A stretch of DNA of 64,000 nt from Chamaesiphon sp. (lineage in GTDB: Bacteria; Cyanobacteriota; Cyanobacteriia; Cyanobacteriales; Chamaesiphonaceae): NCBI GenBank assembly GCA_965246715.1, contig CBDFFH010000005.1:311148-375147 (forward strand). The letters run 5' to 3'. The stretch's first letter is position 1. The number at the start of each line of letters is the position of its first letter. The notes under the pieces were generated by a model. The model was not told the DNA's origin. It saw only the letters and a list, made by a program, of their open reading frames with translations, and made no database searches. A program made the translations under genes and the position numbers. This document shows positions 40,077 to 51,035 of the stretch, in pieces.

Positions 40077-40341
40077 AATTCCCCATCAAACCACTCATAA
40101 GAAAAATTCTGACGTATATTCCAACCTTGAGCATTTAATCTCAAGATATATGCCCTGTCACGGGTTCGCTGCCGTCACTGTTTGAGCCAGACGTAGCTGG
40201 CGTTAGTGTCAGGTCTTCTTCTGGAGTAAGAATAATTCGTAGAGGGGAACAGGATCAGGAACTTTTTTGCAACTTGTCTATCTTACTTTTAATTCCGCCC
40301 ACCTACTTAGTTATTCACGATCGAATCGATCGAAGTCGAGC

Positions 40342-43014
40342 TTAGGTATACCCATATTTCTTAATGAACCAAGTTTTGACAAATTGAGTTAGCACACAAT
40401 AGCAAGTCAGAATTCCAGCTAACCAGAGAAAGTAAACGGCTGGTAGAGGTACAAATCCTAAACTAGATGCGATCGGTGAAAATGGTAGATACATGCCAAT
40501 GCACATCACAGTCGCGGTAATCAGCAGCATCGGTAAAGAAGCCCGACTCTGGAAAAAAGGCACCTTCGCTGTCCGAATAACGTGGACGATCAGAGTTTGA
40601 GTCATCAGGCTTTCGACAAACCAGCCTGTTTGGAATAAGGCTTGATGCTCTACAGAATTCGCTCCAAATATAAACCACATGAGGGCATAAGTGGCATAGT
40701 CAAAGATCGAGCTAATCGGGCCGATGAAAATCATAAATCGCTGAATATTTTCAATTTTCCACTGAGGTGGCTTGACTAGATCTTCTTTATCCACATTATC
40801 GAAGGGAATACCTGTCTGTGAAAAGTCATAGAGGAGATTATTGATGAGGATCTGGACAGGTTGCATCGGTAAAAATGGCAGAAGCGCACTCGCACCCAAG
40901 ACACTAAACATATTCCCAAAATTAGAACTAGTACCCATTCTGATATATTTAACTATATTAGAAAAAGTCTGGCGACCGATAATGACTCCAGATTCTAGCA
41001 CTGATAAATCTTTTTCAAGTAAGATGATATCTGCCGATTCTTTGGCAACATCGGCGGCTGTATCGACTGAGATACCGACATCGGCTTCCCGCAATGCTGC
41101 GGCATCATTGATGCCATCGCCCATATATCCGACAATATTGCCTGACTTTCTTAATACCTGAATAATCTTGGCTTTTTGGGTAGGCGAGAATTTGGCAAAA
41201 ATAGTGGTGGTTGCCGCAATTTCGGCTAACTTATCATCGGCTAAAGATTCAAGATCGCTACCTAACAAAACATCTCGAACGGGTAATCCCACATCTTTAC
41301 AGATTTTACGAGTAATAATCTCATTGTCTCCAGTTAAAATTTTGACATCGACTCCATTACGCTTGAGTGCTTTGAGAGCTTGAGCGGCGGAATCTTTAGG
41401 TGGATCGAGAAAGGCAATGTTACCGAGTAGAATTAGATCGCTTTCATCGGCGATCGCACAGTGAGATTGCTCCAGTGGGATCGTTTTATAGGCTACTGCA
41501 ATCACCCGTAGCCCGTCGGAATTGAGTTTTTGTTGTAAATCGGCAACTTTGGTATGAACCGACTCATCCATCGGCAAAATCTTGTCATCGACTTTGAGTT
41601 GAGTGCAGACTTTGAGGATTTCTTCCACTGCACCTTTACAAATTAGCACATGGTCTTTGCCAGTTTCGGCAATGATTACTGACATCCGCCGCCGCACAAA
41701 GTCGAAGGGAATTTCATCAAATTTGTGGTAGTCTTTGTCAATGTCTAGAGCGGTAAGTTCTTGTTGGCGATCGAGTACTGCAACATCCAGCAAATTCTTT
41801 AGTCCAGTTTGATAGAAGCTATTGAGGTAGGCATATTTGAGCACATCCAAACTTTCTTTTCCATAGGGATCTAAATGTCTTTGCAAAACGATTTTGTCTT
41901 GGGTGAGAGTACCTGTTTTATCAGTACAAAGAATATTCATCGAGCCAAAATCTTGAATCGCATCGATGTTTTTGACAATCACCTTTTTCTCAGACATGGC
42001 AATTGCCCCTTTCGCCAAATTTGCGGTGACAATTACAGGCAACATTTCAGGAGCCAATCCTACTGCCACAGATAGAGCAAAGGTGAACGCTTCCACCCAA
42101 TTATGTTTGACTATGCCATTAATCAAAAATACGAGTGGAGCCATCACTAGCATGAACCGTAAGAGCAGCGTCGTCACGCTGTTTACCGCTTTATCGAAAC
42201 TGGTGCGAACTCGATTGCCACCGAGGGTTTTCGCTATTGATGCCAGATAAGTATGACTGCCTGTTTCGGCGACCACAGCAGTGCCCGAACCACTAACTAC
42301 AGTTGTACCCATAAAGCAGAGATTGACTAGCTCTAAGGGGTTTTTCTCCTGCTTGTCGGTCAGATCTACGTGTTTTTCGACAGGGAGAGATTCACCTGTG
42401 AGTGTGGATTGCCCCAGAAATAAATCTTTTGCCATAATTAGCCGAATATCGGCAGGAATCATATCTCCGGCTGAGAGAAAGACAATATCCCCAGGTACTA
42501 ATAACTTCACGGCAATTTCGGTGCCAGCGATCCCTTGTTGCTCTTTTGATGTGGTAGCTTTAGTAGTGCCCTGGCGACTCACTGCGGCGGTGATACTGAC
42601 CATTTCCCGCAGCTTTTCAGCAGCTTGATTGGACTTAAATTCTTGAGAAAACCGTAATAGTCCTCCAAAAATTACCATCATAAAAATGATGAAGCCTGCG
42701 GTGAAACTTCCTGTTAGTAATGAAATCACCCCCAAGGCAATTAGCAAGAGTGAGAGGGGATTGGTCATCGTTCTGAGTAGTTGGATATACCACTTGCTCG
42801 GCTTTTCGCGGGCGATTTCATTTAGCCCAGATTTTGCCAACCGTCGCTGGGCTTCAGCCTCAGTTAGTCCCTCTAGAGTAGTATCAAATAATTTTAGAAC
42901 TCCATCGACATCTTTTTGCGCGATATCGATAAGTGCGTTGGATGAATCTCCAGATGAGCTAGATCCCGTTTGCGGCGGTTTGGATAAATGTAAAATTCGG
43001 TTTAACATCTGCAT
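40342..43014 (-). CDS. mgtA: Magnesium-translocating P-type ATPase
   Basis: VAVGLAPEMLP, DKTGTLT, EIPFDFVRRRMSV, SSNFGNMFS, FQTGWFVES. Confidence 0.95.
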   Translation of the reverse strand: MQMLNRILHLSKPPQTGSSSSGDSSNALIDIAQKDVDGVLKLFDTTLEGLTEAEAQRRLAKSGLNEIAREKPSKWYIQLLRTMTNPLSLLLIALGVISLLTGSFTAGFIIFMMVIFGGLLRFSQEFKSNQAAEKLREMVSITAAVSRQGTTKATTSKEQQGIAGTEIAVKLLVPGDIVFLSAGDMIPADIRLIMAKDLFLGQSTLTGESLPVEKHVDLTDKQEKNPLELVNLCFMGTTVVSGSGTAVVAETGSHTYLASIAKTLGGNRVRTSFDKAVNSVTTLLLRFMLVMAPLVFLINGIVKHNWVEAFTFALSVAVGLAPEMLPVIVTANLAKGAIAMSEKKVIVKNIDAIQDFGSMNILCTDKTGTLTQDKIVLQRHLDPYGKESLDVLKYAYLNSFYQTGLKNLLDVAVLDRQQELTALDIDKDYHKFDEIPFDFVRRRMSVIIAETGKDHVLICKGAVEEILKVCTQLKVDDKILPMDESVHTKVADLQQKLNSDGLRVIAVAYKTIPLEQSHCAIADESDLILLGNIAFLDPPKDSAAQALKALKRNGVDVKILTGDNEIITRKICKDVGLPVRDVLLGSDLESLADDKLAEIAATTTIFAKFSPTQKAKIIQVLRKSGNIVGYMGDGINDAAALREADVGISVDTAADVAKESADIILLEKDLSVLESGVIIGRQTFSNIVKYIRMGTSSNFGNMFSVLGASALLPFLPMQPVQILINNLLYDFSQTGIPFDNVDKEDLVKPPQWKIENIQRFMIFIGPISSIFDYATYALMWFIFGANSVEHQALFQTGWFVESLMTQTLIVHVIRTAKVPFFQSRASLPMLLITATVMCIGMYLPFSPIASSLGFVPLPAVYFLWLAGILTCYCVLTQFVKTWFIKKYGYT

Positions 43015-43041
43015 AAAATAATTTCGGATAGATTGTTAAAT

Positions 43042-43217
43042 TGACGTGAATCCGAGAATTAGTTTAGGTGTAAACAGTAATGTTAATATGCTAAAAGATT
43101 ACTCCCGAATCCACGTCAGGGATCGGGAGCAATCTCGTCGATCGCTATTATTGGGTTCACTCATAGCTTTACATCTGCTTTTAGATGAAGTGGATATGCA
43201 GGATCTTTTATTTCCAT
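43042..43217 (-). promoter_or_regulatory. Candidate mgtA 5' leader: Pro/acidic uORFs and two mutually exclusive RNA stems
   Basis: uORFs 43217-43161 and 43160-43116; stem A 43096-43135; alternative 16-bp helix 43103-43118 with 43042-43057. Confidence 0.65.
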
Positions 43218-43293
43218 AAATTGGATACAGACAATATAAAGCTCGATGCTTGACTGCTTATATTATTTATCTTTATAAACAATCACTAACAAA

Positions 43294-43338
43294 TCTACCT
43301 ATTGATAGATGTATTAAAAACATCTACCAATAGGTAGA
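43294..43338. promoter_or_regulatory. Inverted repeat made of two palindromic boxes between mgtA and gpmA
   Basis: TCTACCTATTGATAGATGT-N7-ACATCTACCAATAGGTAGA. Confidence 0.55.
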
Positions 43339-43621
43339 CATATAAATCTGATACTTGTAATCATAAAAATATTTTAAATTTGGTCTGCGAAAATTGCTCG
43401 ACAGAGTTGATAATTTTATTGTTGCAAATAATATTTACTGTCTCCCATCATATCTAAAAAGGATGAGGAAAAGCTAATTATCTGAGATCCGATCGCTGAC
43501 TGTATCGAATGTGAATTTAATTAGTCGATCGTGAAAATTGTTACAGGATCGATCCTCTGAAAATCTTGTGATGTAGTTATATATTGAAGTAGTAAATTGC
43601 GAACAACAAAGAGCGAGAATA

Positions 43622-44320
43622 ATGACTCAACTGATTTTGGTTCGGCATGGTCAGAGCCTCTGGAACGCCCTCAATAAGTTCACGGGATGGGTCGATGTAC
43701 CCCTGAGCGAACGCGGTCGTGCTGAAGCGACGATTGCCTCCTGTCGGCTTACTGGTTATCGGGTAAATGTCTGCTTCACAAGTAAATTAATCAGGGCAAT
43801 TGAGACAGCAACCATCTGTCTGACCGAACGTGATGATATCTGCGGTGGCAAAATTCCGATTATTAAACACGAACAACCCGACGCAGATTGGCGCGGCTGG
43901 GATAACTACAACGGGAATCCGGCGGAAGAACTACCTATTTTTACGAATGCTGCCCTCGATGAGCGGTTTTATGGTGATTTGCAGGGTTTAAATAAGGCGG
44001 ATACTGCTGCTAAGTACGGCAGCGAACAGGTGCAAAAGTGGCGCAGATCTTACAGTGTTCGACCGCCTGGTGGAGAGAGTTTGGAGGATACCCAACAGCG
44101 GGTGGTTGCTTATTTCAACAGCCGGATTTTGCCCCATCTGCTTCAAGGTGATAACGTCTTAATTGCGGCACATGGTAACTCGTTGCGATCGATCGTCATG
44201 ATGCTCGACAAGTTAAGTCCAGATGAAGTGACAGCACTAGAACTGGCAACGGGTGTACCGATCGTGTATGAGCTTGATGCTGCTGGAGGATCGATCGCCA
44301 AAAAGATTCTAAATGATTGA
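43622..44320 (+). CDS. gpmA: 2,3-bisphosphoglycerate-dependent phosphoglycerate mutase
   Basis: LVRHGQSLWN, FTGWVDVPL, ERFYGDLQG, AHGNSLR. Confidence 0.95.
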   Translation: MTQLILVRHGQSLWNALNKFTGWVDVPLSERGRAEATIASCRLTGYRVNVCFTSKLIRAIETATICLTERDDICGGKIPIIKHEQPDADWRGWDNYNGNPAEELPIFTNAALDERFYGDLQGLNKADTAAKYGSEQVQKWRRSYSVRPPGGESLEDTQQRVVAYFNSRILPHLLQGDNVLIAAHGNSLRSIVMMLDKLSPDEVTALELATGVPIVYELDAAGGSIAKKILND

Positions 44321-44332
44321 TATCGAATCGAT

Positions 44333-45355
44333 TCAAATCAGTCCGTCTTTTCTTGCCATAAATAGCATCAGATCGATAACCCGACAGGCATAAGCCCACT
44401 CATTATCGTACCAAGCTACCACTTTGAAAAAGTTGGCATTTAAACCAATCCCTGCGGTGGCATCAAAGATACTCGAACGAGGATCGGTGCGGAAATCCAT
44501 CGACACAACTTTATCCTCGGTATAGCCCAAGATGCCATTCAATTCCCCCGCCGCTGCTGCTTTCATCGCTGTACAAATATCTGCATAAGTAGTGGGTTTT
44601 ACCGTCTTAAAAGTTAGGTCGATGATTGAAACATCGGCAGTACCCACCCGAAACGCCATCCCGCTCAACTTTCCCTTCAGTTCGGGTAATACGAGCGCGA
44701 CTGCTTTTGCCGCACCAGTTGAGGCGGGAATGATATTCTGAACGGCTCCCCGTCCGCTCCGCCAGTCTTTTTTATCGGGGCCATCGACAGTAGACTGGGT
44801 GGCAGTCATGGCGTGAACGGTAGTCATTAAGCCTTCGGCGATCCCAAAGGTGTCGTGCAAGACTTTGGCAACTGGAGCTAGACAGTTAGTGGTGCAGCTT
44901 GCATTGGAGATAATTTCATCCGTTGTCGGATCGAATTCCTGATGATTGACTCCCATTACTACAGTCCGAATCTTGTCGGGGTCTTTGGTTGGGGCGGAGA
45001 TGACGACTCGTTTTGCCCCAGCTTGAATGTGTTTTTGGGCACCCTCGTAGGTAGTGAAAAGTCCAGTGGATTCAACTACATAATCGGCTCCTAATTTACC
45101 CCAAGGGAGTTGGGCGGGATCTTTAATCGCCAGACAGGATACAAAGCGATCGTCGATCGAGATGCCATCAGGCTGGGCGGTAACAGTTCCTGGATATGTG
45201 CCGTGGGTGGAGTCGTATTTGAATAGGTAGGCAAGGTTATCGGCAGGAACGAGGTCATTCACACCGACTAGTTCTAATTCGGGATGCTTGATGGCAATCC
45301 GCGCCACTAATCGTCCGATCCGTCCGAAGCCGTTAATACCGATTTTGAGTGTCAT
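44333..45355 (-). CDS. gap: Type I glyceraldehyde-3-phosphate dehydrogenase
   Basis: [27 protein letters not shown]. Confidence 0.97.
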   Translation of the reverse strand: MTLKIGINGFGRIGRLVARIAIKHPELELVGVNDLVPADNLAYLFKYDSTHGTYPGTVTAQPDGISIDDRFVSCLAIKDPAQLPWGKLGADYVVESTGLFTTYEGAQKHIQAGAKRVVISAPTKDPDKIRTVVMGVNHQEFDPTTDEIISNASCTTNCLAPVAKVLHDTFGIAEGLMTTVHAMTATQSTVDGPDKKDWRSGRGAVQNIIPASTGAAKAVALVLPELKGKLSGMAFRVGTADVSIIDLTFKTVKPTTYADICTAMKAAAAGELNGILGYTEDKVVSMDFRTDPRSSIFDATAGIGLNANFFKVVAWYDNEWAYACRVIDLMLFMARKDGLI

Positions 45356-45374
45356 TTTAATTTAATTCCTTAAT

Positions 45375-46361
45375 CTAAATTTCGTTTTCACAGGGCTGTG
45401 CTTGGTCTATTTGCGTGATATTTGCTAATGTCACTTCAGCGATCGCCTGCATCGCATCTTCAGTAAAAAATGCCTGATGTCCGGTAATCATCACGTTCGG
45501 GAAAGTCATCAGGCGGGCAAATGTGTCATCTTGGAGAATTCGATTCGATCGATCTTCAAAGAATAGTGCTGATTCTTGCTCGTAGACATCTAATCCTAAT
45601 CCGCCAATTTGGGATGATTTGAGTGCAGTAATAATCGCATCTGTATCGATTAATGCTCCCCTACTGGTGTTGATTAGCATCGCATGAGGCTTCATTTGGG
45701 CGATCGCCTCTTTGTTAATTAAGTGATGATTTTCTGGAGTTAATGGACAGTGGAGCGTAATAATATCTGACTGGAAAAATAGTTGAGATAGCTCCATGTA
45801 TTCGACTCCGATAGCCTCACATTGGGGATTGCGGTAGGGATCGTAGGCAATAACTTTGCAACCAAACCCCATCATAATTTGGGCGGTGACTGCGCCAATT
45901 TTGCCCGTACCAATAATCCCGATCGTCCGTCCGTGTAAATCGAAACCCAGCAGTCCTTCTAATGAAAAATTGCCCTCGCGGACGCGGTTATATGCTCGAT
46001 GTAATTTGCGATTGAGTGTCAGGATTAGTCCCACGGTGTGTTCGGCGACGGCATAGGGGGAATAGGCGGGAACTCGCACTAATTTGATGCCCAGATTTTT
46101 GGCTGTTTCCACATCGACATTGTTATAACCAGCACAGCGCAGAGCAATTAGGCTGACACGATCGCTAGCGAGAGCCTTTAGTGTATCTTTATCGACTTCA
46201 TCATTGACAAAGATACAAACAGCGGTGGCATCTTTAGCCAGAATGGCGGTGTGTCGATCGAGCTTAGGTTCTAGAAATATTAATTGATGTTGATGCTGTG
46301 AATTAGCGGCTGTAAAAAATTGGCGATCGTATGACTTGGTACTAAAAATAGCAACTTTCAC
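45375..46361 (-). CDS. ldhA: D-lactate dehydrogenase (D-2-hydroxyacid dehydrogenase)
   Basis: LRCAGYNNVD, VPAYSPYAVAEH, GTGKIG, INTSRG, TGHQAF. Confidence 0.92.
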   Translation of the reverse strand: MKVAIFSTKSYDRQFFTAANSQHQHQLIFLEPKLDRHTAILAKDATAVCIFVNDEVDKDTLKALASDRVSLIALRCAGYNNVDVETAKNLGIKLVRVPAYSPYAVAEHTVGLILTLNRKLHRAYNRVREGNFSLEGLLGFDLHGRTIGIIGTGKIGAVTAQIMMGFGCKVIAYDPYRNPQCEAIGVEYMELSQLFFQSDIITLHCPLTPENHHLINKEAIAQMKPHAMLINTSRGALIDTDAIITALKSSQIGGLGLDVYEQESALFFEDRSNRILQDDTFARLMTFPNVMITGHQAFFTEDAMQAIAEVTLANITQIDQAQPCENEI

Positions 46362-46553
46362 GGTTCATTTTCCTTAATACTTATCATCTTAGGTTTAAAG
46401 TGTGAGCATCTCGTGAGGTAATTATATCTATTCAGTCATTGAGCAGATTCTGGTGCAGGCTTTACATCCAGACAAATTGCTAAATTGCATCATGGAAAAT
46501 CACCCCAAGACAATAACGATCGCCGGAATGAATCACACTTAACCCATGCTTCA

Positions 46554-46660
46554 TAAGTAGGTAGGTACAATTATTTATAAAATAGATTATGCCTGAAACC
46601 TAGGTGGTGGGCAGTGCCCACCCTACGCGATATCTTGCTATCTTAACGTGAGCCTCTCCC
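46554..46660 (+). repeat. Dispersed repeat (TAAGTAGG-type end plus REP-like GTGGGCAGTGCCCACCCTAC)
   Basis: GGTACAATTATTTAT...ATGCCTGAAACCTA...GGGCAGTGCCCACC also occurs at about 55775-55843; ends approximate. Confidence 0.65.
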
Positions 46661-46808
46661 TATATGAGAAACTCACGTTAAATATACAGATCATTTCCCG
46701 ATCGCGATCGCGACAATCCAAGATTTGTTGCGATCGCTGACGGTGGCTATCATAGACCTACGATGAATTGGTATACTTGTGCTCAATCGAACCAACCAGG
46801 GGGTGCCA

Positions 46809-49800
46809 ATGACTCTCGATCCAGTTTCTCGGCAGTCCAATGAATCCCCCCCAGCGAGCGCACCTCTATTTCCAATTGTGGGGATTGCGGCATCTGCGGG
46901 CGGATTAGAAGCATTTATAGAACTACTGAGTCATATACCGATCGATACTGGGATGGCATTTGTGGTGATCCAGCATTTGGCTCCTGACTCCAAAAGCCTC
47001 CTGACGGAGATCCTCGCGAAGGTGTCACTGTTGCCCGTGCAGGAAGTCGCAGCAGGGATGCGGATCGAGCCGAACCAGATCTATGTAATTCCGCCCAATA
47101 CCAAAACGATCGTCGCGGAGGGCTTGCTGCAACTCTCACCTCGCGAGAAGGTATTGGGCAAATATATGCCAGGGGATGCTTTTTTTACCTCGCTGGCGAT
47201 CGATCGCGGACATCAAGCGATCGCGATCGTCTTATCTGGCGGCGATGGTGATGGCTCGGTGGGGTTAAAGGCGATTAAGGCGGCGGGGGGCGTGACATTT
47301 GCCCAGTCTCAAGCAACGGCAAAAGTGAATGGGATGCCCAACAGCGCGATCTCGACTGGGAACGTGGATTTTGTGCTACCGCCTGCCGATATTGCTGCCG
47401 AACTAGTCAGACTCAGCCATGAGCCGCTTCTATCTGCGCCACTGCCACCTTTGACGGACGATCTGCCGACAACTGGGCACATGAAGATTTTTGCGCTGCT
47501 GCGATCGGCGACAGGCGTTGACTTTAGCCAGTATAAGTCCAACACGATCGAGCGGCGGATGCAACGCCGGATGCTACTGTGTGGGCTGGAACATCTGGAT
47601 GATTATGCCACATATTTAGGCGAGAATCCGGCTGAAGTCATGGCACTGGCTGAAGAAATTACGATCCATGTGACCAGCTTTTTTCGCGATCCTGAAGTCT
47701 TTGAACTGCTCAAAGCGCGAGTCTTGCCGCAGATCGTCCGTCACAAGTCGCCAGAGTCGCCGATTCGGATTTGGATACCAGGTTGTTCGACTGGAGAGGA
47801 AGTTTATTCGATCGCGATCTGCCTGCTAGAGGTATTGACACTCTCCGATTCGCCGCTACAGCTCCGAGTGCCGATCCAGATTTTTGCGACCGATATCAGC
47901 GATCTAACGATCGACAAAGCCAGAGCGGGGATCTATACCGAGAATCAGATGGTCGATATTTCACCCGATCGTCGCCGTCGGTTTTTTAATGAGATCGATG
48001 GTAATCGCTATCAGATCGGTAAGTCGATCCGCGAACTGTGCGTATTTGCCCGTCAAAATTTGGGCAGCGATCCGTCGTTTTCTAATCTCGATTTGATTAG
48101 TTGTCGGAATGTGTTGATTTATTTGGGCGAATCGCTGCAAAAGCGAATTATCCCGATCTTTCATTACAGTCTCAACTCGACGGGATTTTTGCTGCTAGGT
48201 ACCGCCGAAAGTACGGGTAGTTCAGACCTATTTCACGATCTCGATAAAAAGTGCCGAATTTATACCAAAAACCTCGCGATCGATCGACCTAGATTTTCAG
48301 TTATGCCCAGCAGCTACCCAGTAGTGAGGTTTCAAGATCGACAGCCACTACCAGCTAGTGCCGATCGGCTAGACTTACAGCAACAGGTCGATCGACTGAT
48401 TGCCACTCACTATGCACCCGTCGGCGTTGTCATCAACAGCCAGATGCAGGTGCTGCAACTGCGGGGCGATGTCGATCGCTACTTGAGATTGACTTCAGGA
48501 GATGCCGATCTCAATATTTTCAAGCTGGTGCGATTTGACAATGCTGAGACGACCGCCACAGACTGGCGGATCGAACTGCGGGCGGCGATTTATCAAGCGC
48601 AACGGCAGACGACGACCGTCACCAAGCAGGGAATTCCGATCGATGGAGATCGCCGGATCGATTTGCAGGTAATTCCATTTAAAGTATTAGCTGCTGAAGA
48701 ATATTACTTTTTTGTATTATTTAAAGAAGCTACATCCACGCCACCGAGCCAGCCTGTCGCGATTATCGTTCCGACAGGCTCCGCCACCGCGCCAGTCAGC
48801 AGTCCAGGCGATTTGGAGCTGGAAATTATCCGGCTGCGACAAGAACTCGACGCGGCGATCCAAGAACGTAACGCTACTCAAGAGTATCTCGCAGCCGTCA
48901 TCCAAGAACACGAACGCAACGATAGCGACCTCAAAATCGCCCATGAAGAAATTCTGTCGAGTAATGAAGAACTGCAAAGTACCAACGAGGAGCTAGAAAC
49001 TGCCAAAGAAGAAATTCAAGCCACCAATGAAGAACTGACCATCATCAACGACGAACTCCTCAGCCGCAATGCCCAGCTCTACCGACTCAATAACGATCTC
49101 ACCAACCTGCTAGCCAGTATCAACATCGCGATCGTCATGTTGACCGATGACCTCCGCATTCGCCGCTTCACACCGATGGCGCAGCAGTTGTTTAACGCGA
49201 TCCCGACCGACATCCACCGCCACCTCAGCGATATCCGTACCAATCTCGACTATCCCGAATTGGAGCAATCGATCGTCGAAGTCCAAGCAACACTCAGCAC
49301 CAAGACGATCGAAGTCCAAACGCAATCGGGACATTGGTATCTGCTCACCATCCGTCCCTACCGCACTACCGAAAATCAGATCGATGGTGTGGTATTGGTT
49401 TTGCACGATATCAATGCCTTCAAGCTCAGTCTAGCCACCTTAGAAGCAGCACGGAACTATGCTGAAGAGGTGGTCGAAACCGTCCCAGTGCCCCTGCTGG
49501 TAATCGAGTCAGATTTCCGCATCAACAAAGCCAATCGCGCTTTTTATCAAACATTTCAAGTGGAATCGATCGAAACCATCCGCTCGTCGCTGTTCGAGAT
49601 CGGGAATGGTCAGTGGAATATCCCCAGATTCCGATCGCTACTCGAAGGGGTGTTGACCGCTGGTACCATCGTCCACAATTTGGAGGTCGAACATCAGTTC
49701 GAGCGGATCGGCTCCAAAACCATGCTCCTCAATGCCGTGAAGATTGTCGAATCAGACATATCACAGCGAATTTTGCTATCGATCGAAGACATTACCGAAC

Positions 49801-51035
49801 GCAAACAGTTTGAGCGCGAGCGGTTGCAGCTCCTGACAGCAAAACTCGCCCGTCAACAGGCAGAGACTGCCAATCGTGCCAAAGATGAATTTCTCGCCAA
49901 CCTATCCCACGAACTTCGCAACCCGCTCGGTGCGATCGTCGGCTGGTCGCAACTCCTCGCCACTCAACAGCTAGATGCGGCAACCGTCAATCGGGCGGTG
50001 GACAGTATTTATCGGAATGCGCGAGCGCAGTCGCAACTGATTGGAGACATCCTCGATATCTCTCGGATCGATAGCGGCAAAATGATCCTCAACAAACTGC
50101 GGCTCGATCTGGTTTCCATCATCAATGCCGCGATCGATTCCGTCCAACTTACAGCCGATGCCAAATCAATTCAGATCGTCGCCCAGCTCACCCCGACCAT
50201 CTTTGTCGGCGATGTGGAGCGATTGCATCAAGTGGTGTGCAATGTCCTCGCCAATGCGATTAAGTTTACCCCCACAGGCGGACGCGTCGAAATCTCCGTA
50301 ACACCGACCCCAGATCGGGCCGAGATTCGCGTCAGCGATACGGGGATTGGCATCAGCCCAGAATAATTATTGCCATATATCTTCGATCGGTTCCGACAGG
50401 GGGATACTGGTACGAGTAAAACCAGTCAGGGTCTAGGCTTGGGCCTGTCGATCGTCCGGCAGATTGTCGAACTCCACGGTGGCACCGTCCGCGCCGAAAG
50501 TCCCGGCGTAGGGCATGGCACCACGATCGTCATCCAGCTCCCACGCCAATTGCCAGCAGATCTGCCAGCGACATCGATCGATCTAACTGCTGCGCTCCCA
50601 CCGCCGCCTGGGGTGACTCAGGAACTACCTTCGCTAGCGGGCTTACAAATCCTCTCCGTCGATGACGATCCCGACCTCCTCGAACTGATGAAATATATCC
50701 TCGAAAGCGTCGGCGCACAAGTGACGACCGTCTCCTGTGCAGCGGCAGCCATCGCCGCCCTCACAACAGATCCTGACAAATACGCCGTACTACTGCTCGA
50801 TCTGGGGATGCCAGAGCAAGATGGTTTCGCTCTGATCGAGCGGGTGAGAGCGTTGGAGCGAGGATCTGCCCCACAGATTCCCGCCATCGCCATCACCGCC
50901 TATGTCGGCGATCTCCAACGCCGACTCGCGCTCGATGCTGGCTGTCAACTACACTTAGCGAAACCGATCGATCCCACTCGACTGATTCGGGCAATTGCTA
51001 GTTTGACCGGACGACTGGGCAATCCTGGGGGCTAG
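46809..51035 (+). pseudogene. CheB-CheR-PAS hybrid histidine kinase with receiver, split by an in-frame TAA at 50364-50366
   Basis: ASAGGLEA and QHL (CheB), GCSTGEE and CRNVLIY (CheR), SHELRNPL; HATPase continues in the same frame after the stop; receiver at the end. Confidence 0.88.
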
